Shown: positions 35,744-44,058 of the stretch, piece after piece
Layout: every line of letters starts with the position of its first letter
How positions within the stretch are numbered: position 1 is the first letter of the stretch
Source of the DNA: a virus
Length of the DNA: 53,550 bases
Reading direction: 5' to 3' (one strand)
IMG/VR virus record: IMGVR_UViG_3300035542_000019
Made by a program: the position numbers and the translations under genes
The notes under the pieces: model-generated
Seen by the model: the letters and a program-made list of their open reading frames with translations, nothing else
Database searches by the model: none
Told to the model about the DNA's origin: nothing

Positions 35744-36661
35744 AACGGCCAAAACGTCCCACGTACCGATAACGACGAATTCGGTATACGGAACTTCTAC
35801 AGGGCGCCCGACGGGAAGGTGCTTTACCTTATCGACTATAGCGGCTTCGAACTTCGGCTAATGGCCTGGAAGTCCGGCGACGAGGTAATGACAGACGCCT
35901 TTAAGCACGGGGGCGACCTGCACAGGAAAACAGCGGCGACGCTTACGGGTAAGCCGGAAAGCGAAATCACGAAGCACGAAAGAAGTAATGCAAAATCTGG
36001 AAACTTTGGTATTTCTTATGGCGGCACGGAATACGCCCTACAGGGAACCCTTAAGGGCTACGGTATTCGTATGAGCCTGGACGAGTGCCTGGAAATCGTA
36101 AAGGCGGTAAAAGCGACCTATCCAAGGATACCCGAGTACCAGCGCAGTATCGTAGTAGAAGCCAGGGAACAGGGCTACGTAGAAACCATCTACGGCTATA
36201 AAAGACTGCTGCCTAACATCAATTCGACAAGCGGCAAGGCTAGAAGCAGCGACGAGCGTAGGGCGTCAAATACGCCTATACAGGGGTCGGCAGCAGACGT
36301 TATGAAACGTAGCCAGCTGGTCGTATACGAGAAAATAGGCCTTGATACAGCCAGGGAAAGGCTGGGACAAGACCTTAAGGTATTCGAAGGCTTTAGCGAA
36401 GAAATCAAAACAAAGCTGGAAGAACCGCCGGTATTCATGCACGGTAAAACCGATATGCTGGCTAATATTCACGACGAAATTATATTCGAATTCGTAGACG
36501 ACGTGGAAGTAATCAAGCGTGCCGGCGCATGGGTAAAAGAGGTTATGGAAATACCACCGGTACCAGGCTTCCCTATTGATATCGAAGCTGACGCCAGCGT
36601 AGCCTACAGCTGGGGTAATAAAAAGGACCTGGACGAATGGCTTAAAGAAAGGAAGGGGTAA
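35744..36661 (+). CDS. Family A DNA polymerase, exon 2 (palm/fingers motifs A, B, C)
   Basis: NGQNVPR; DYSGFELRLMAW (motif A); RSNAKSGNFGISYGG (motif B); NIHDEIIFE (motif C). The ATG at 35741 in the track is the last three intron bases. Confidence 0.85.
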   Translation, partial: NGQNVPRTDNDEFGIRNFYRAPDGKVLYLIDYSGFELRLMAWKSGDEVMTDAFKHGGDLHRKTAATLTGKPESEITKHERSNAKSGNFGISYGGTEYALQGTLKGYGIRMSLDECLEIVKAVKATYPRIPEYQRSIVVEAREQGYVETIYGYKRLLPNINSTSGKARSSDERRASNTPIQGSAADVMKRSQLVVYEKIGLDTARERLGQDLKVFEGFSEEIKTKLEEPPVFMHGKTDMLANIHDEIIFEFVDDVEVIKRAGAWVKEVMEIPPVPGFPIDIEADASVAYSWGNKKDLDEWLKERKG

Positions 36662-36664
36662 AAT

Positions 36665-37021
36665 ATGAAATTTAACGAATACCAGGACCTGGCGGCTAGG
36701 ACCGATAACCGGGACCTGGATACTGAAAAACTTATCAAAATGGCGCACCTTATTAACGCGGCCATGGGCCTATCGGGGGAAGCCGGGGAATTCGAGGACC
36801 GGGTAAAAAAGGTAGTATTTCAAGGCCACGACTTCGAGAAGGAAGCGGCCAAGCTTAGCGAGGAACTGGGCGATATTCTATGGTATGCAGCCAAGGCAGC
36901 CCGCGAACTTGATAAGCTGCTGGGCGACGTGGCTAAGGCAAACATCGGTAAGCTTATCGCCAGGTACCCCCAGGGTTTCGAAAAGGATAGAAGCGTAGAA
37001 AGGGGCGGGTACGATGGCTAA
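36665..37021 (+). CDS. mazG: MazG-like nucleoside triphosphate pyrophosphohydrolase
   Basis: 118 aa. LSGEAGEFEDRV ... ELGDILWYAA matches the MazG EExxE/D signature. Confidence 0.7.
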   Translation: MKFNEYQDLAARTDNRDLDTEKLIKMAHLINAAMGLSGEAGEFEDRVKKVVFQGHDFEKEAAKLSEELGDILWYAAKAARELDKLLGDVAKANIGKLIARYPQGFEKDRSVERGGYDG

Positions 37022-37196
37022 GCAGCTGCACGTAGAAGAATACCTTAAGCGCTACCAAAAGGAAGCCGAGGTAATCGGCCTAAAGGTAACGCAGGAAGAA
37101 ATGATTAAGGTATGGGTCGGTATGGCTATCGTACAGAACTGGTTAAACGACCAGGAAAAGCCTACGACGAAAGAAAGGGGGCGCGGTAATGGCTAG
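37014..37196 (+). CDS. Small hypothetical protein (60 aa)
   Basis: SD gaaagggg. Overlaps both neighbours by 8 nt. Confidence 0.5.
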   Translation: MAKQLHVEEYLKRYQKEAEVIGLKVTQEEMIKVWVGMAIVQNWLNDQEKPTTKERGRGNG

Positions 37197-37665
37197 GTAC
37201 CTAAATTCACAGGAAAAGAGCAAGGCCCTTACCCTGGCAGCCTTTACCGCCTTCCTTGACGATACTATCGAGTTATGGCAACAGATAGGCAGGCCCACGG
37301 ACCAAATTAAGTACGCGAAAACCGCCAAGACCTTTACCGGTAAGGTTATGGAAATCATGTTTAAAGACCTGGATAAGGACGAGGTTAACAAGGTGGTAGC
37401 GGAAACTAAGAAAATGGAAGTCGTGACGAAGTACAAGACGGAAGCCGTAAGGGTCCATAAAGAGATACAAAAGCTGGAAAGCGTGACCCCAGTAGAAACC
37501 GACGAACTGCTGGGCATTATCGAACTTGCTTTAGCAAGCTGTAGCGTATGCGAGGAACCAGGCGGCGACTGCAAGTACAAGAAGCTTTTTATTAAGCAGG
37601 ACATACAGCCGCTCAACCTGGACCCACCGGCCGGCGGCTGCCCGTACAGACTGGGGGCGAAATGA
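37189..37665 (+). CDS. Hypothetical protein (158 aa) with C-terminal Cys cluster
   Basis: SD gaaaggggg. Contains CSVCEEPGGDC ... GGCPY. Confidence 0.6.
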   Translation: MARYLNSQEKSKALTLAAFTAFLDDTIELWQQIGRPTDQIKYAKTAKTFTGKVMEIMFKDLDKDEVNKVVAETKKMEVVTKYKTEAVRVHKEIQKLESVTPVETDELLGIIELALASCSVCEEPGGDCKYKKLFIKQDIQPLNLDPPAGGCPYRLGAK

Positions 37666-37952
37666 TGAAGAAAAAACGCGTAGAGCCGCTAGGCCGAAGC
37701 ATGAAGGAACTAGACGACCTTTTTACAGACGGCGGCGGTATATTCGACACGGCGGCCCGGGTGGCCTTCAAGGAAAAGAGTAAGCCGGCGCCGAAAATCA
37801 AGGTACCGGGGGTTAAAGGCCCCCAGGTACTTACTGATAAGGAACTGGCCCGCATAAAGAAGCTGGAAGCACTGGCAGCGGACCCCGGGGCTTCGGAAGG
37901 CGAGAAGGCGACGGCCAGGGAGAAGATACGCCGCATTAAAGGGGGTAAGTAG
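37662..37952 (+). CDS. Hypothetical basic protein (96 aa)
   Basis: ATGA overlap. ELARIKKLEALAADPGASEGEKATAREKIRRI is helical. Confidence 0.55.
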   Translation: MMKKKRVEPLGRSMKELDDLFTDGGGIFDTAARVAFKEKSKPAPKIKVPGVKGPQVLTDKELARIKKLEALAADPGASEGEKATAREKIRRIKGGK

Positions 37953-38444
37953 ATGGCTACGAAAGTGGTAATCATCAACGGGTACCCCCAGGCGGGTAAG
38001 GACACCTTTATAGGATACTGCGAGCAGTACGTAACCGTGCTAAACGTGTCCACGGTAGACAGGGTAAAGCAGGCCCTTAAGCTGCTGGGCTGGGAAGGAG
38101 AGAAAACGCCGGAAATCAGAAAGGCCCTATCAGACCTTAAGGACCTATCTACGGCGCTTTTCGACGGACCGGTGACCTATATAAAGGACCAGGTAAAAGC
38201 GCACCCTACCAAGTGCTTACCGGGCCTTATCTTTATCCACTCACGGGAACCGGCCGAAATCTACAGGCTTAAGCAGGAACTGGACGCGACGACGCTTTTA
38301 ATAAGCCGGAAGCCGAAAGAGGAAATCACGAACCACGCCGACCGAAACGTAGAGAAATTCCCTTACGACCACGTGATAGACAATAACGAAGGGCTGGAAG
38401 AACTACACGAGAAGGCGCGGAAATTCATAGGAAGGATATTTTAA
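37953..38444 (+). CDS. P-loop kinase, dNMP-kinase-like
   Basis: VVIINGYPQAGKDTF is a P-loop of the G....GKD(T) type seen in phage dNMP kinases. 163 aa. Confidence 0.5.
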   Translation: MATKVVIINGYPQAGKDTFIGYCEQYVTVLNVSTVDRVKQALKLLGWEGEKTPEIRKALSDLKDLSTALFDGPVTYIKDQVKAHPTKCLPGLIFIHSREPAEIYRLKQELDATTLLISRKPKEEITNHADRNVEKFPYDHVIDNNEGLEELHEKARKFIGRIF

Positions 38445-38446
38445 CC

Positions 38447-39124
38447 ATGGATAAGAAGCAGATAAGCATACTGGCGGCCCTGGTGGCTGCGGTAATCATT
38501 ATAGGGGGCGTAGGCCATGAAGCGAAGGGGGAAGGAAAAGGAACCACCGAACCGGCTATACAGACTATCAAGAAAGGGGGAAGCGCAGATAATGGACAAC
38601 TTGACGGAACTAGCCCAGGACCTACAGCAGGCGAAGAAGGAAGCAGAGAGGTACAGGAAGGCATGGGAAGCGGAGAAACAAATAGCAGCGGGCTACAGGC
38701 GGGGGCTGCAAAGGCAGGCAGCGGTAGCGAAACGGTTAGCCGTGGCACTAATGACGCTAGCCGGCGTACAGATGGGCTTACTAGCCTGGGTACTTTTAAA
38801 GTAACCGCCTATACGGCAGGCTACGAAAGCACAGGAAAGAACCCAGGGGACCCGCTGTACGGCCAGGTGGCTATAAGCGGCAGCAAGTGGGCCGACTTCG
38901 AACCTGTATACGTAACCGAGGACGTGACCGCAGCGGCCGACTGGGACGTACTACCGCCGGGTAGCATAGTTTATATCGAAGGGGTAGGCGAACGCGTCAT
39001 ACAGGACAAGGGCGGCGCTGTACGAGGTAACCATATCGACCTTTACATACCGAACCTAGAGGACGCCCTAGAGTGGGGCGTACAGGAACGGGACGTATAC
39101 CTAATAGAGAAAGGGGACTACTGA
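38447..39124 (+). CDS. Membrane-anchored/secreted 3D-domain (MltA/RlpA-like) cell-wall protein
   Basis: N-terminal TM ILAALVAAVIIIGGV, then a Gly/Ser/Glu-rich linker. C-terminal FKVTAYTAGYESTGKNPGD...GNHIDLYIP is typical of 3D domains. Confidence 0.7.
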   Translation: MDKKQISILAALVAAVIIIGGVGHEAKGEGKGTTEPAIQTIKKGGSADNGQLDGTSPGPTAGEEGSREVQEGMGSGETNSSGLQAGAAKAGSGSETVSRGTNDASRRTDGLTSLGTFKVTAYTAGYESTGKNPGDPLYGQVAISGSKWADFEPVYVTEDVTAAADWDVLPPGSIVYIEGVGERVIQDKGGAVRGNHIDLYIPNLEDALEWGVQERDVYLIEKGDY

Positions 39125-39125
39125 T

Positions 39126-39449
39126 ATGACGAGATTAGAGCGGCTTCTAAAGCTAATCGAAGAAAACCCAGGCGTACCGGTGAAGTGCCAGGTATTCGAA
39201 GAATCGCTACCAGGTGACTACTATAAGTACATGCTGGCGGACCTGGGTACCTGTAAGCTTGACGAGATTTACACAGACGACGACGCGGTATACACGCGGG
39301 ACGAGGTAGACTATCTTATCGACGAATGGATAGATAGAAACATGCCCGACGAAGCCGACAGCAGCTACGAGGACGCCCAGGCCGCGGCCGAGAAAGCGGT
39401 AAACGCCTACGAATGGCAAAAGGTAATTCTAGTAGAGATTAGACCGTAA
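39126..39449 (+). CDS. Small strongly acidic protein (107 aa)
   Basis: SD gaaagggg. Many D/E residues (DDDAVYTRDEVDYLIDEWIDRNMPDEADSSYED). Confidence 0.6.
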   Translation: MTRLERLLKLIEENPGVPVKCQVFEESLPGDYYKYMLADLGTCKLDEIYTDDDAVYTRDEVDYLIDEWIDRNMPDEADSSYEDAQAAAEKAVNAYEWQKVILVEIRP

Positions 39450-39459
39450 GGGGGGTGGC

Positions 39460-39909
39460 ATGATGGACACGGTAACAAGGGTTTTAATTAACCTATTATT
39501 TAACGTCGTCGTACTGGCTATGGTCTACGTACCTACGACCCGGTGGCTGGCGGTAAGGAACGAGCGCACAGCCGAGCAGCTAAGGCGTGGACTTGACAGG
39601 TACAGCCAGGAAGCGGCGAAGCTGCGCCAGGCTTACGAGAAAATGAAGGACGCCGAGGAAAAGAAAGCCTGGAACATCGAGTACCTAAAGGACGAAATCG
39701 AAAAGCTGACCGATAAAAAAGCAGCCAACAAGGCGCTTAAGGTAGACCTTTTCGGGGACGACCTGGACAAGCTACTAGGCGAAACGAAGAAGCAAAAGGC
39801 GGTAATCGTGGACGCGAAGGGCGGCGACGTAACGCCACTAATAAACGACGCTATGATTAACGAGATTATCGAGCGATTAAAAGAGAAGGGGGTACAGGTA
39901 AATGATTAA
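39460..39909 (+). CDS. Membrane-anchored coiled-coil protein (149 aa)
   Basis: SD aagggggg. N-terminal TM LINLLFNVVVLAMVYV followed by heptad-rich sequence. Confidence 0.6.
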   Translation: MMDTVTRVLINLLFNVVVLAMVYVPTTRWLAVRNERTAEQLRRGLDRYSQEAAKLRQAYEKMKDAEEKKAWNIEYLKDEIEKLTDKKAANKALKVDLFGDDLDKLLGETKKQKAVIVDAKGGDVTPLINDAMINEIIERLKEKGVQVND

Positions 39910-40501
39910 AGCAGAGATAAGGACAGACGCGGGTAACTACGTCGTAAGTCTTGAAAATACGGAAACCTTCCAGGGGGGTTTATCCCTGGTTCAGACAAAA
40001 CTAGACGAGGGCCTACCCTTCACAGGTGACGACGGCTACCTGCTTATATGCAACGGGTCGAAACTTAAGCATATTCGCATATTCGAGGTAAGCGACGACG
40101 TAATACCGTTTATGGACGACGCTAGCGACGACGTAGAGCAGCCGCCGAAAGGGGCCTACGTGTTCAAGACAGACCGGGCGGAATTTTTAGGCCACAAGCT
40201 GACCGTAACAGGCCAGGCGCTGGAAGTGGACGGCCATACTTACTACCTGCCGATGGAAGTAAACAATAACCCGGCACTTATGACGATGGGACCCGAGAAG
40301 CTGGAAGAATTCCTGGACTACTGGCTTATGAGCCGCCAGGTGGACTACGACAGCTATACGGTGGTTATCCCAGCTGCGCAGCTGCCGGACTACGAAGAAG
40401 CCCTGGAATACGTAAGGGACTACGCAAAGGAAACCGCAGGCGACTATACACCAAAAGAAAGGAACGCGAGAGCATGGCAGGAATGGAAAGGAAACGAGTA
40501 G
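39902..40501 (+). CDS. Hypothetical protein (199 aa)
   Basis: SD agaaggggg. No motif recognised. Confidence 0.6.
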   Translation: MIKAEIRTDAGNYVVSLENTETFQGGLSLVQTKLDEGLPFTGDDGYLLICNGSKLKHIRIFEVSDDVIPFMDDASDDVEQPPKGAYVFKTDRAEFLGHKLTVTGQALEVDGHTYYLPMEVNNNPALMTMGPEKLEEFLDYWLMSRQVDYDSYTVVIPAAQLPDYEEALEYVRDYAKETAGDYTPKERNARAWQEWKGNE

Positions 40502-40689
40502 ACTACGTACCGAAATGCGAGAACTGCGACCTATACGTGGATATACGGACCCTAAACCCGAGGAAGAAAAAGGGCGGCATGGTATGTAAAGTCGTCATGG
40601 ACCATATGAACCCGCTACTACACGGCTGCCAGCTGCACCCAGCGTACAGGAAGCCCGGCGTACTTGAAAAAATGGGGGTGAGCCTATGA
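40474..40689 (+). CDS. Small Cys-containing protein (71 aa; start uncertain, 40474 or 40483)
   Basis: CENC ... C ... HGC. Overlaps the upstream gene by 28 nt and has a weak SD. Confidence 0.45.
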   Translation: MAGMERKRVDYVPKCENCDLYVDIRTLNPRKKKGGMVCKVVMDHMNPLLHGCQLHPAYRKPGVLEKMGVSL

Positions 40690-41294
40690 GCCTACCAAGC
40701 GTAACGAAAATCGGCGGCCTGCCCTTTAGGACGGTCGAGAAGGACAGGTATTTACACGGCGGGAACTACGTAAGCTATTCCAGCTTTAAGGGGCTGGAAA
40801 TCGCCATACGCGGCGACCTGGCCCGGGAAAGACGCCAGGCCTACTACTTAAACGAGGTAGCGGTACAGCTTTTAGAACTTGCAGGCTTTAACCACGACGA
40901 CGCGGCCGAGTACAAGGAAGGCCTGGGCCGGGGACTGTATAGCTTACTTCGGGAAAACAGCTTTACATGGGTACGAGAAGAAAACCTACCGCTGCCGCTG
41001 GTTATACGTATCGGGTTGGTAACCTACGACGTGAAAAAAGCGGACAGCGAGTACATGGAAGGGGCCGGGCTGCTGGGGGAAGTATCCTATACCAAGCTGA
41101 ATATACAGGTTACGCCAGGGCTTAACGATACGATAACCCGCTGGGTCCTGGTCCACGAAATGACCCACGCCCTTTTATACGATACAGGATACCCGGGCGA
41201 CTGTAACGACGACGCTATCGTAGTACCGCTGGGGAATCTTTTGTACCAGCTGCTTAGGGAAAATAACTTCGACTTTATGGGGGGCAGGCTATGA
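40686..41294 (+). CDS. HExxH zinc-metallopeptidase-like protein
   Basis: WVLVHEMTHALLYDTGYPGD contains HExxH. 202 aa, ATGA overlap. Confidence 0.5.
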   Translation: MSLPSVTKIGGLPFRTVEKDRYLHGGNYVSYSSFKGLEIAIRGDLARERRQAYYLNEVAVQLLELAGFNHDDAAEYKEGLGRGLYSLLRENSFTWVREENLPLPLVIRIGLVTYDVKKADSEYMEGAGLLGEVSYTKLNIQVTPGLNDTITRWVLVHEMTHALLYDTGYPGDCNDDAIVVPLGNLLYQLLRENNFDFMGGRL

Positions 41295-41581
41295 CGAACT
41301 TAAAAGAGCAAAGGGACCGATTTATCACACTACAGGAAAAAGCGGCCTTCGGGGGCCTTAACGCCATCGAGGAAGGCGAGGTAGCAGCACTGGAAAGGTA
41401 CCTGGAAAACCCGGCGACCGAGAACCAGGTAGAGTACATCGAAGCCCTGCTGGAACGCCTGGGGGCCGACCTTAGCGAATACACGGACACCGACCAGGAC
41501 CTACTGACCTACGAGGAAGCCAGCGACCTTATCGACGACCTAAAGGACGACGCTTACCTTACGGACGCCTGGGACAATTAA
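41291..41581 (+). CDS. Small strongly acidic protein (96 aa)
   Basis: ATGA overlap. The C-terminus EYTDTDQDLLTYEEASDLIDDLKDDAYLTDAWDN is very acidic. Confidence 0.6.
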   Translation: MTNLKEQRDRFITLQEKAAFGGLNAIEEGEVAALERYLENPATENQVEYIEALLERLGADLSEYTDTDQDLLTYEEASDLIDDLKDDAYLTDAWDN

Positions 41582-41596
41582 GAAGGGGGCGACGAC

Positions 41597-41785
41597 GTGG
41601 CACGGAAACGGACACTAAAGGAATACGGGTACGAGTTTTTACTACTACGCGACAAGATGGTTAAGGACTACCCGGACGTGGACTTTAGCGAGGTAAACCC
41701 GCTAATCGAGGAAATAGACGACGCCCTGGGCTGGCTGGAATACGAACGACGCGGCGGGAACTGGACGAAAGAGGGGGTAGAGTAA
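41597..41785 (+). CDS. Small hypothetical protein (62 aa, GTG start)
   Basis: SD agaaggggg 7 nt upstream of the GTG. Confidence 0.5.
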   Translation: MARKRTLKEYGYEFLLLRDKMVKDYPDVDFSEVNPLIEEIDDALGWLEYERRGGNWTKEGVE

Positions 41786-42102
41786 TGGGTAAGCACTTTG
41801 TAAAATACACGCTAAGCACGAACCTAGAAGCCGAAGGACTGGAAGGTACGCCGGAATTTAAGGCACTGGAAAAGAAGCTAAAGGAAGGCGGCAGCATATG
41901 GAACGAGCGCTACGGCCTTCGCACGCTGGGAAGTATTGAAAGACGCGGCACCGAGTACGTGGCCTTCCAGGGGGTTATCGTCGGTAGCACGGTAACCGAG
42001 TGTAAGGGAATCCTACAGGGGTTTAAGGTGGAAATCAGAAACGCCCTTCCAGGTGTCAAGCGCATAAGCGACGACTTCGTGGCCTTTGGTAGGAATATGT
42101 AA
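41785..42102 (+). CDS. Hypothetical protein (105 aa)
   Basis: TAATG overlap with SD agaggggg. Confidence 0.6.
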   Translation: MGKHFVKYTLSTNLEAEGLEGTPEFKALEKKLKEGGSIWNERYGLRTLGSIERRGTEYVAFQGVIVGSTVTECKGILQGFKVEIRNALPGVKRISDDFVAFGRNM

Positions 42103-42114
42103 GGGGGTAGGCGA

Positions 42115-42384
42115 ATGGACTTTAGAGGGAACCCGGGGAAGGTGGACCGCTGCGTATGCTGCGGCGAGCCGGTACCCGAGGGCCGGCAGGTATGTAAGGG
42201 CTGCGAGAAGAAAACAGCAGGGCCGCAAGACGGGGGCGTAAAGCCCCGAAGAACTGGGAAGCGGATAAAAGGCGCTTCTACGACAAGTAAGGGGGTAAGG
42301 ATATGGCAGCACCTAAAAAGCCCCTGGTCGTTACCCTGGAAGGGGTGGCGCCAAGGGCAAGCAAGGAAGAACTGGAAGAACTGA
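42115..42384 (+). CDS. Zinc-ribbon protein; 3-prime end doubtful (possible frameshift near 42205-42240)
   Basis: SD taaggggg. CVCCGEPVPEGRQVCKGCEKK looks real. The Trp/Arg-rich tail overlaps the next gene by 82 nt and looks out of frame. Confidence 0.45.
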   Translation: MDFRGNPGKVDRCVCCGEPVPEGRQVCKGCEKKTAGPQDGGVKPRRTGKRIKGASTTSKGVRIWQHLKSPWSLPWKGWRQGQARKNWKN

Positions 42385-42590
42385 TAAGGCGAGAGGAAAG
42401 CCGGTACTTTACAACAGCAAGGGGCGAGGACCTGGACAGACTGGCAGCACTGGCCGCCTTTTGGCGCAGACAGGGAGAGGACGACGACGCCTTTAGGGCG
42501 CGGATACTAAAAGGGCTGGGAATGGTACACGGTAAAGGGAACCCAGCAGAAAGGGGCTTACATCATGCACGAGAGAAGAACGAAGGTTAA
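42303..42590 (+). CDS. Hypothetical protein (95 aa)
   Basis: Strong SD taagggggtaaggat before the ATG. Confidence 0.6.
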   Translation: MAAPKKPLVVTLEGVAPRASKEELEELIRREESRYFTTARGEDLDRLAALAAFWRRQGEDDDAFRARILKGLGMVHGKGNPAERGLHHAREKNEG

Positions 42591-43074
42591 CGACAGGCTG
42601 GAAATCGTAGAGAGGGAAAGCGACGGTACGCAGGAAGCTATACAGGCCACGGGTCGAATGATGAAGGAAGCGGGCCTGGTCTACGACTACCACAAGGCCA
42701 GGGCTATAGTGGAATTCGCTACAGAGGTTAAGGAAGGCTGGGGGACCTGTATACGTGATACAGTGGAAACGGTTATAGACCTATGGGCTTCGGTACAGGA
42801 AGCTATGGGGACCGACGGCCGGGTACTTGACGACCTGCTTAGGGAAATGAGAAGGCAGCTTAAAATCAAGCGGTACACGGTAGACGGCCTTATCGCCCGT
42901 GGAATCGACGAGCGGGGCGCCCACCTTATGGCTGCGGACCTTATCAAGGCCCACGAAGATACGGGGGCGGATATGGAAATGCTGCTGGACGGCTACGCGA
43001 AGGGCCAGCGACTTTTAACGAAGGACGAGATACTGGAAGCGGCTTTACAGCTGGACGAGGACCGCGAAGCGTAA
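42565..43074 (+). CDS. Hypothetical protein (169 aa), last gene of the early half
   Basis: SD aaagggg 8 nt upstream, followed by AT-rich element B. Confidence 0.6.
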   Translation: MHERRTKVNDRLEIVERESDGTQEAIQATGRMMKEAGLVYDYHKARAIVEFATEVKEGWGTCIRDTVETVIDLWASVQEAMGTDGRVLDDLLREMRRQLKIKRYTVDGLIARGIDERGAHLMAADLIKAHEDTGADMEMLLDGYAKGQRLLTKDEILEAALQLDEDREA

Positions 43075-43130
43075 AAAATAAGGCTGGAAAGGCCCGGAAC
43101 GAAAAGGCTACAGCCTAGTAATTCCAAAGC

Positions 43131-43405
43131 TTCCAGCGCGTAAAAGAAAAAGACTTATTATATACTATATATACTATATATTATATAACTAATACTACTA
43201 TATATTATATATATATTATTATATATAGTATTTATTATTATATATATGTATATATAGTATTGTTTTTTAGTTAGAGAGTTAGAGAAAATAAAAAATATAT
43301 AAGGTATTCGAATCTTTAGGGGGGTAGTTTTTTTATTTTCGTTTTTAGAATTCGTTTTTATAAAAATTACCCCCCTCTAAATTTTTTCGTTTTATATATT
43401 TTTTC
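43131..43405. repeat. AT-rich boundary element, copy B (homologous to 16581-16841)
   Basis: Same ordered blocks as copy A. Ends directly at the SD of the gene starting at 43422. Confidence 0.85.
43316..43394 (+). terminator. Long hairpin plus T-tract inside element B (putative strong terminator)
   Basis: ttaggggggtagttttttt (43316-43334) pairs with ataaaaattacccccctctaa (43360-43380) with one bulge, followed by attttttcgtttt. Confidence 0.55.
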
Positions 43406-43421
43406 AGAAAGGGGTTTTTCT

Positions 43422-43805
43422 ATGGCTGTAAGAATCGAAGGACTGGTAAGCAAGAAGGTAATAAGGGCATGGCTGGACGACTGGGACAGCCTACAGGGTG
43501 ACGGGCCGCCGAAGTACCAGGCCTGCTTTAACAGCGGCAGCAAGCCGTACGATGGGGTCAGTAATAAGCAGCTGAATAAAATAATGCTGGAAGCTGCCCT
43601 TAACGACCTGCCGCCGGTGCTTTACGTATGCGCGAAGTACCGATGGGTCGAGCAGCTGCCACTAAGCGAAACGCTGGAACGTACGGGAATCGCAAAGAGT
43701 ACATATTACAGACGCTGCGATAAGGCCGTGGAATTCATTTACTACCACGTGAACGGGATAGCTGCGGGTATCAAGGACTTACTAGAGAAAATAAGGGAAG
43801 TTTAA
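43422..43805 (+). CDS. Late transcription regulator candidate (sigma-70 region-4-like HTH; RinA/ArpU-type position)
   Basis: 127 aa. LPLSETLERTGIAKSTYYRRCDKAVEFI is a region-4-like HTH. Sits immediately upstream of the terminase genes. Confidence 0.5.
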   Translation: MAVRIEGLVSKKVIRAWLDDWDSLQGDGPPKYQACFNSGSKPYDGVSNKQLNKIMLEAALNDLPPVLYVCAKYRWVEQLPLSETLERTGIAKSTYYRRCDKAVEFIYYHVNGIAAGIKDLLEKIREV

Positions 43806-43815
43806 GGCGTATAGT

Positions 43816-43855
43816 GGAAACTTCCTTCTTATTCCTTGTCAAGGGTGGGAAACTT
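43816..43855 (+). promoter_or_regulatory. Pair of GGAAACTT direct repeats 32 nt apart (candidate activator or TerS binding sites)
   Basis: gtGGAAACTTcc at 43816-43823 and gtgGGAAACTTtgg at 43848-43855. TTGTCA and a TG-n-TACTCT element lie between and after them. Confidence 0.35.
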
Positions 43856-43878
43856 TGGTACTCTATATGTAGTATGGC

Positions 43879-43900
43879 GGTAGTACGTAAACGTACTACC
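43879..43900. repeat. Perfect 22-bp palindrome GGTAGTACGTAAACGTACTACC
   Basis: 10-bp arms are exact reverse complements around a central AA. Confidence 0.9.
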
Positions 43901-43921
43901 TATAGTTAGTTAAATATTGCC

Positions 43922-43968
43922 AAAAGGGCCAGGAAAGCCGCGTTTATCGTGCTTACCGGCCCTTTTTT
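43922..43968 (+). terminator. Intrinsic terminator/attenuator in the leader upstream of terS
   Basis: aaaagggccaggaaagc ... gcttaccggccctttt form an extended imperfect stem, followed by a run of T. Confidence 0.6.
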
Positions 43969-43981
43969 ACGAATCAAAGAG

Positions 43982-44058
43982 AAGGGCGACGTACTGCGAC
44001 GAGCCGTTACCTACATACGGAACCCAAAGGCGGAAAACCTTACTAGCGCGTCGCCCTT
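43982..44058 (+). other. Long-range 10-bp inverted repeat enclosing ~57 nt (structured RNA or DNA element)
   Basis: aagggcgacg (43982-43991) is the exact reverse complement of cgtcgccctt (44049-44058). Confidence 0.6.

Noticed and set aside
38517-38804. 95-aa ORF overlapping the linker region of the 3D-domain gene
   Set aside because: It is an alternative frame across a low-complexity GA-rich stretch, with no SD. The 38447 frame gives a TM segment plus a recognisable 3D domain.
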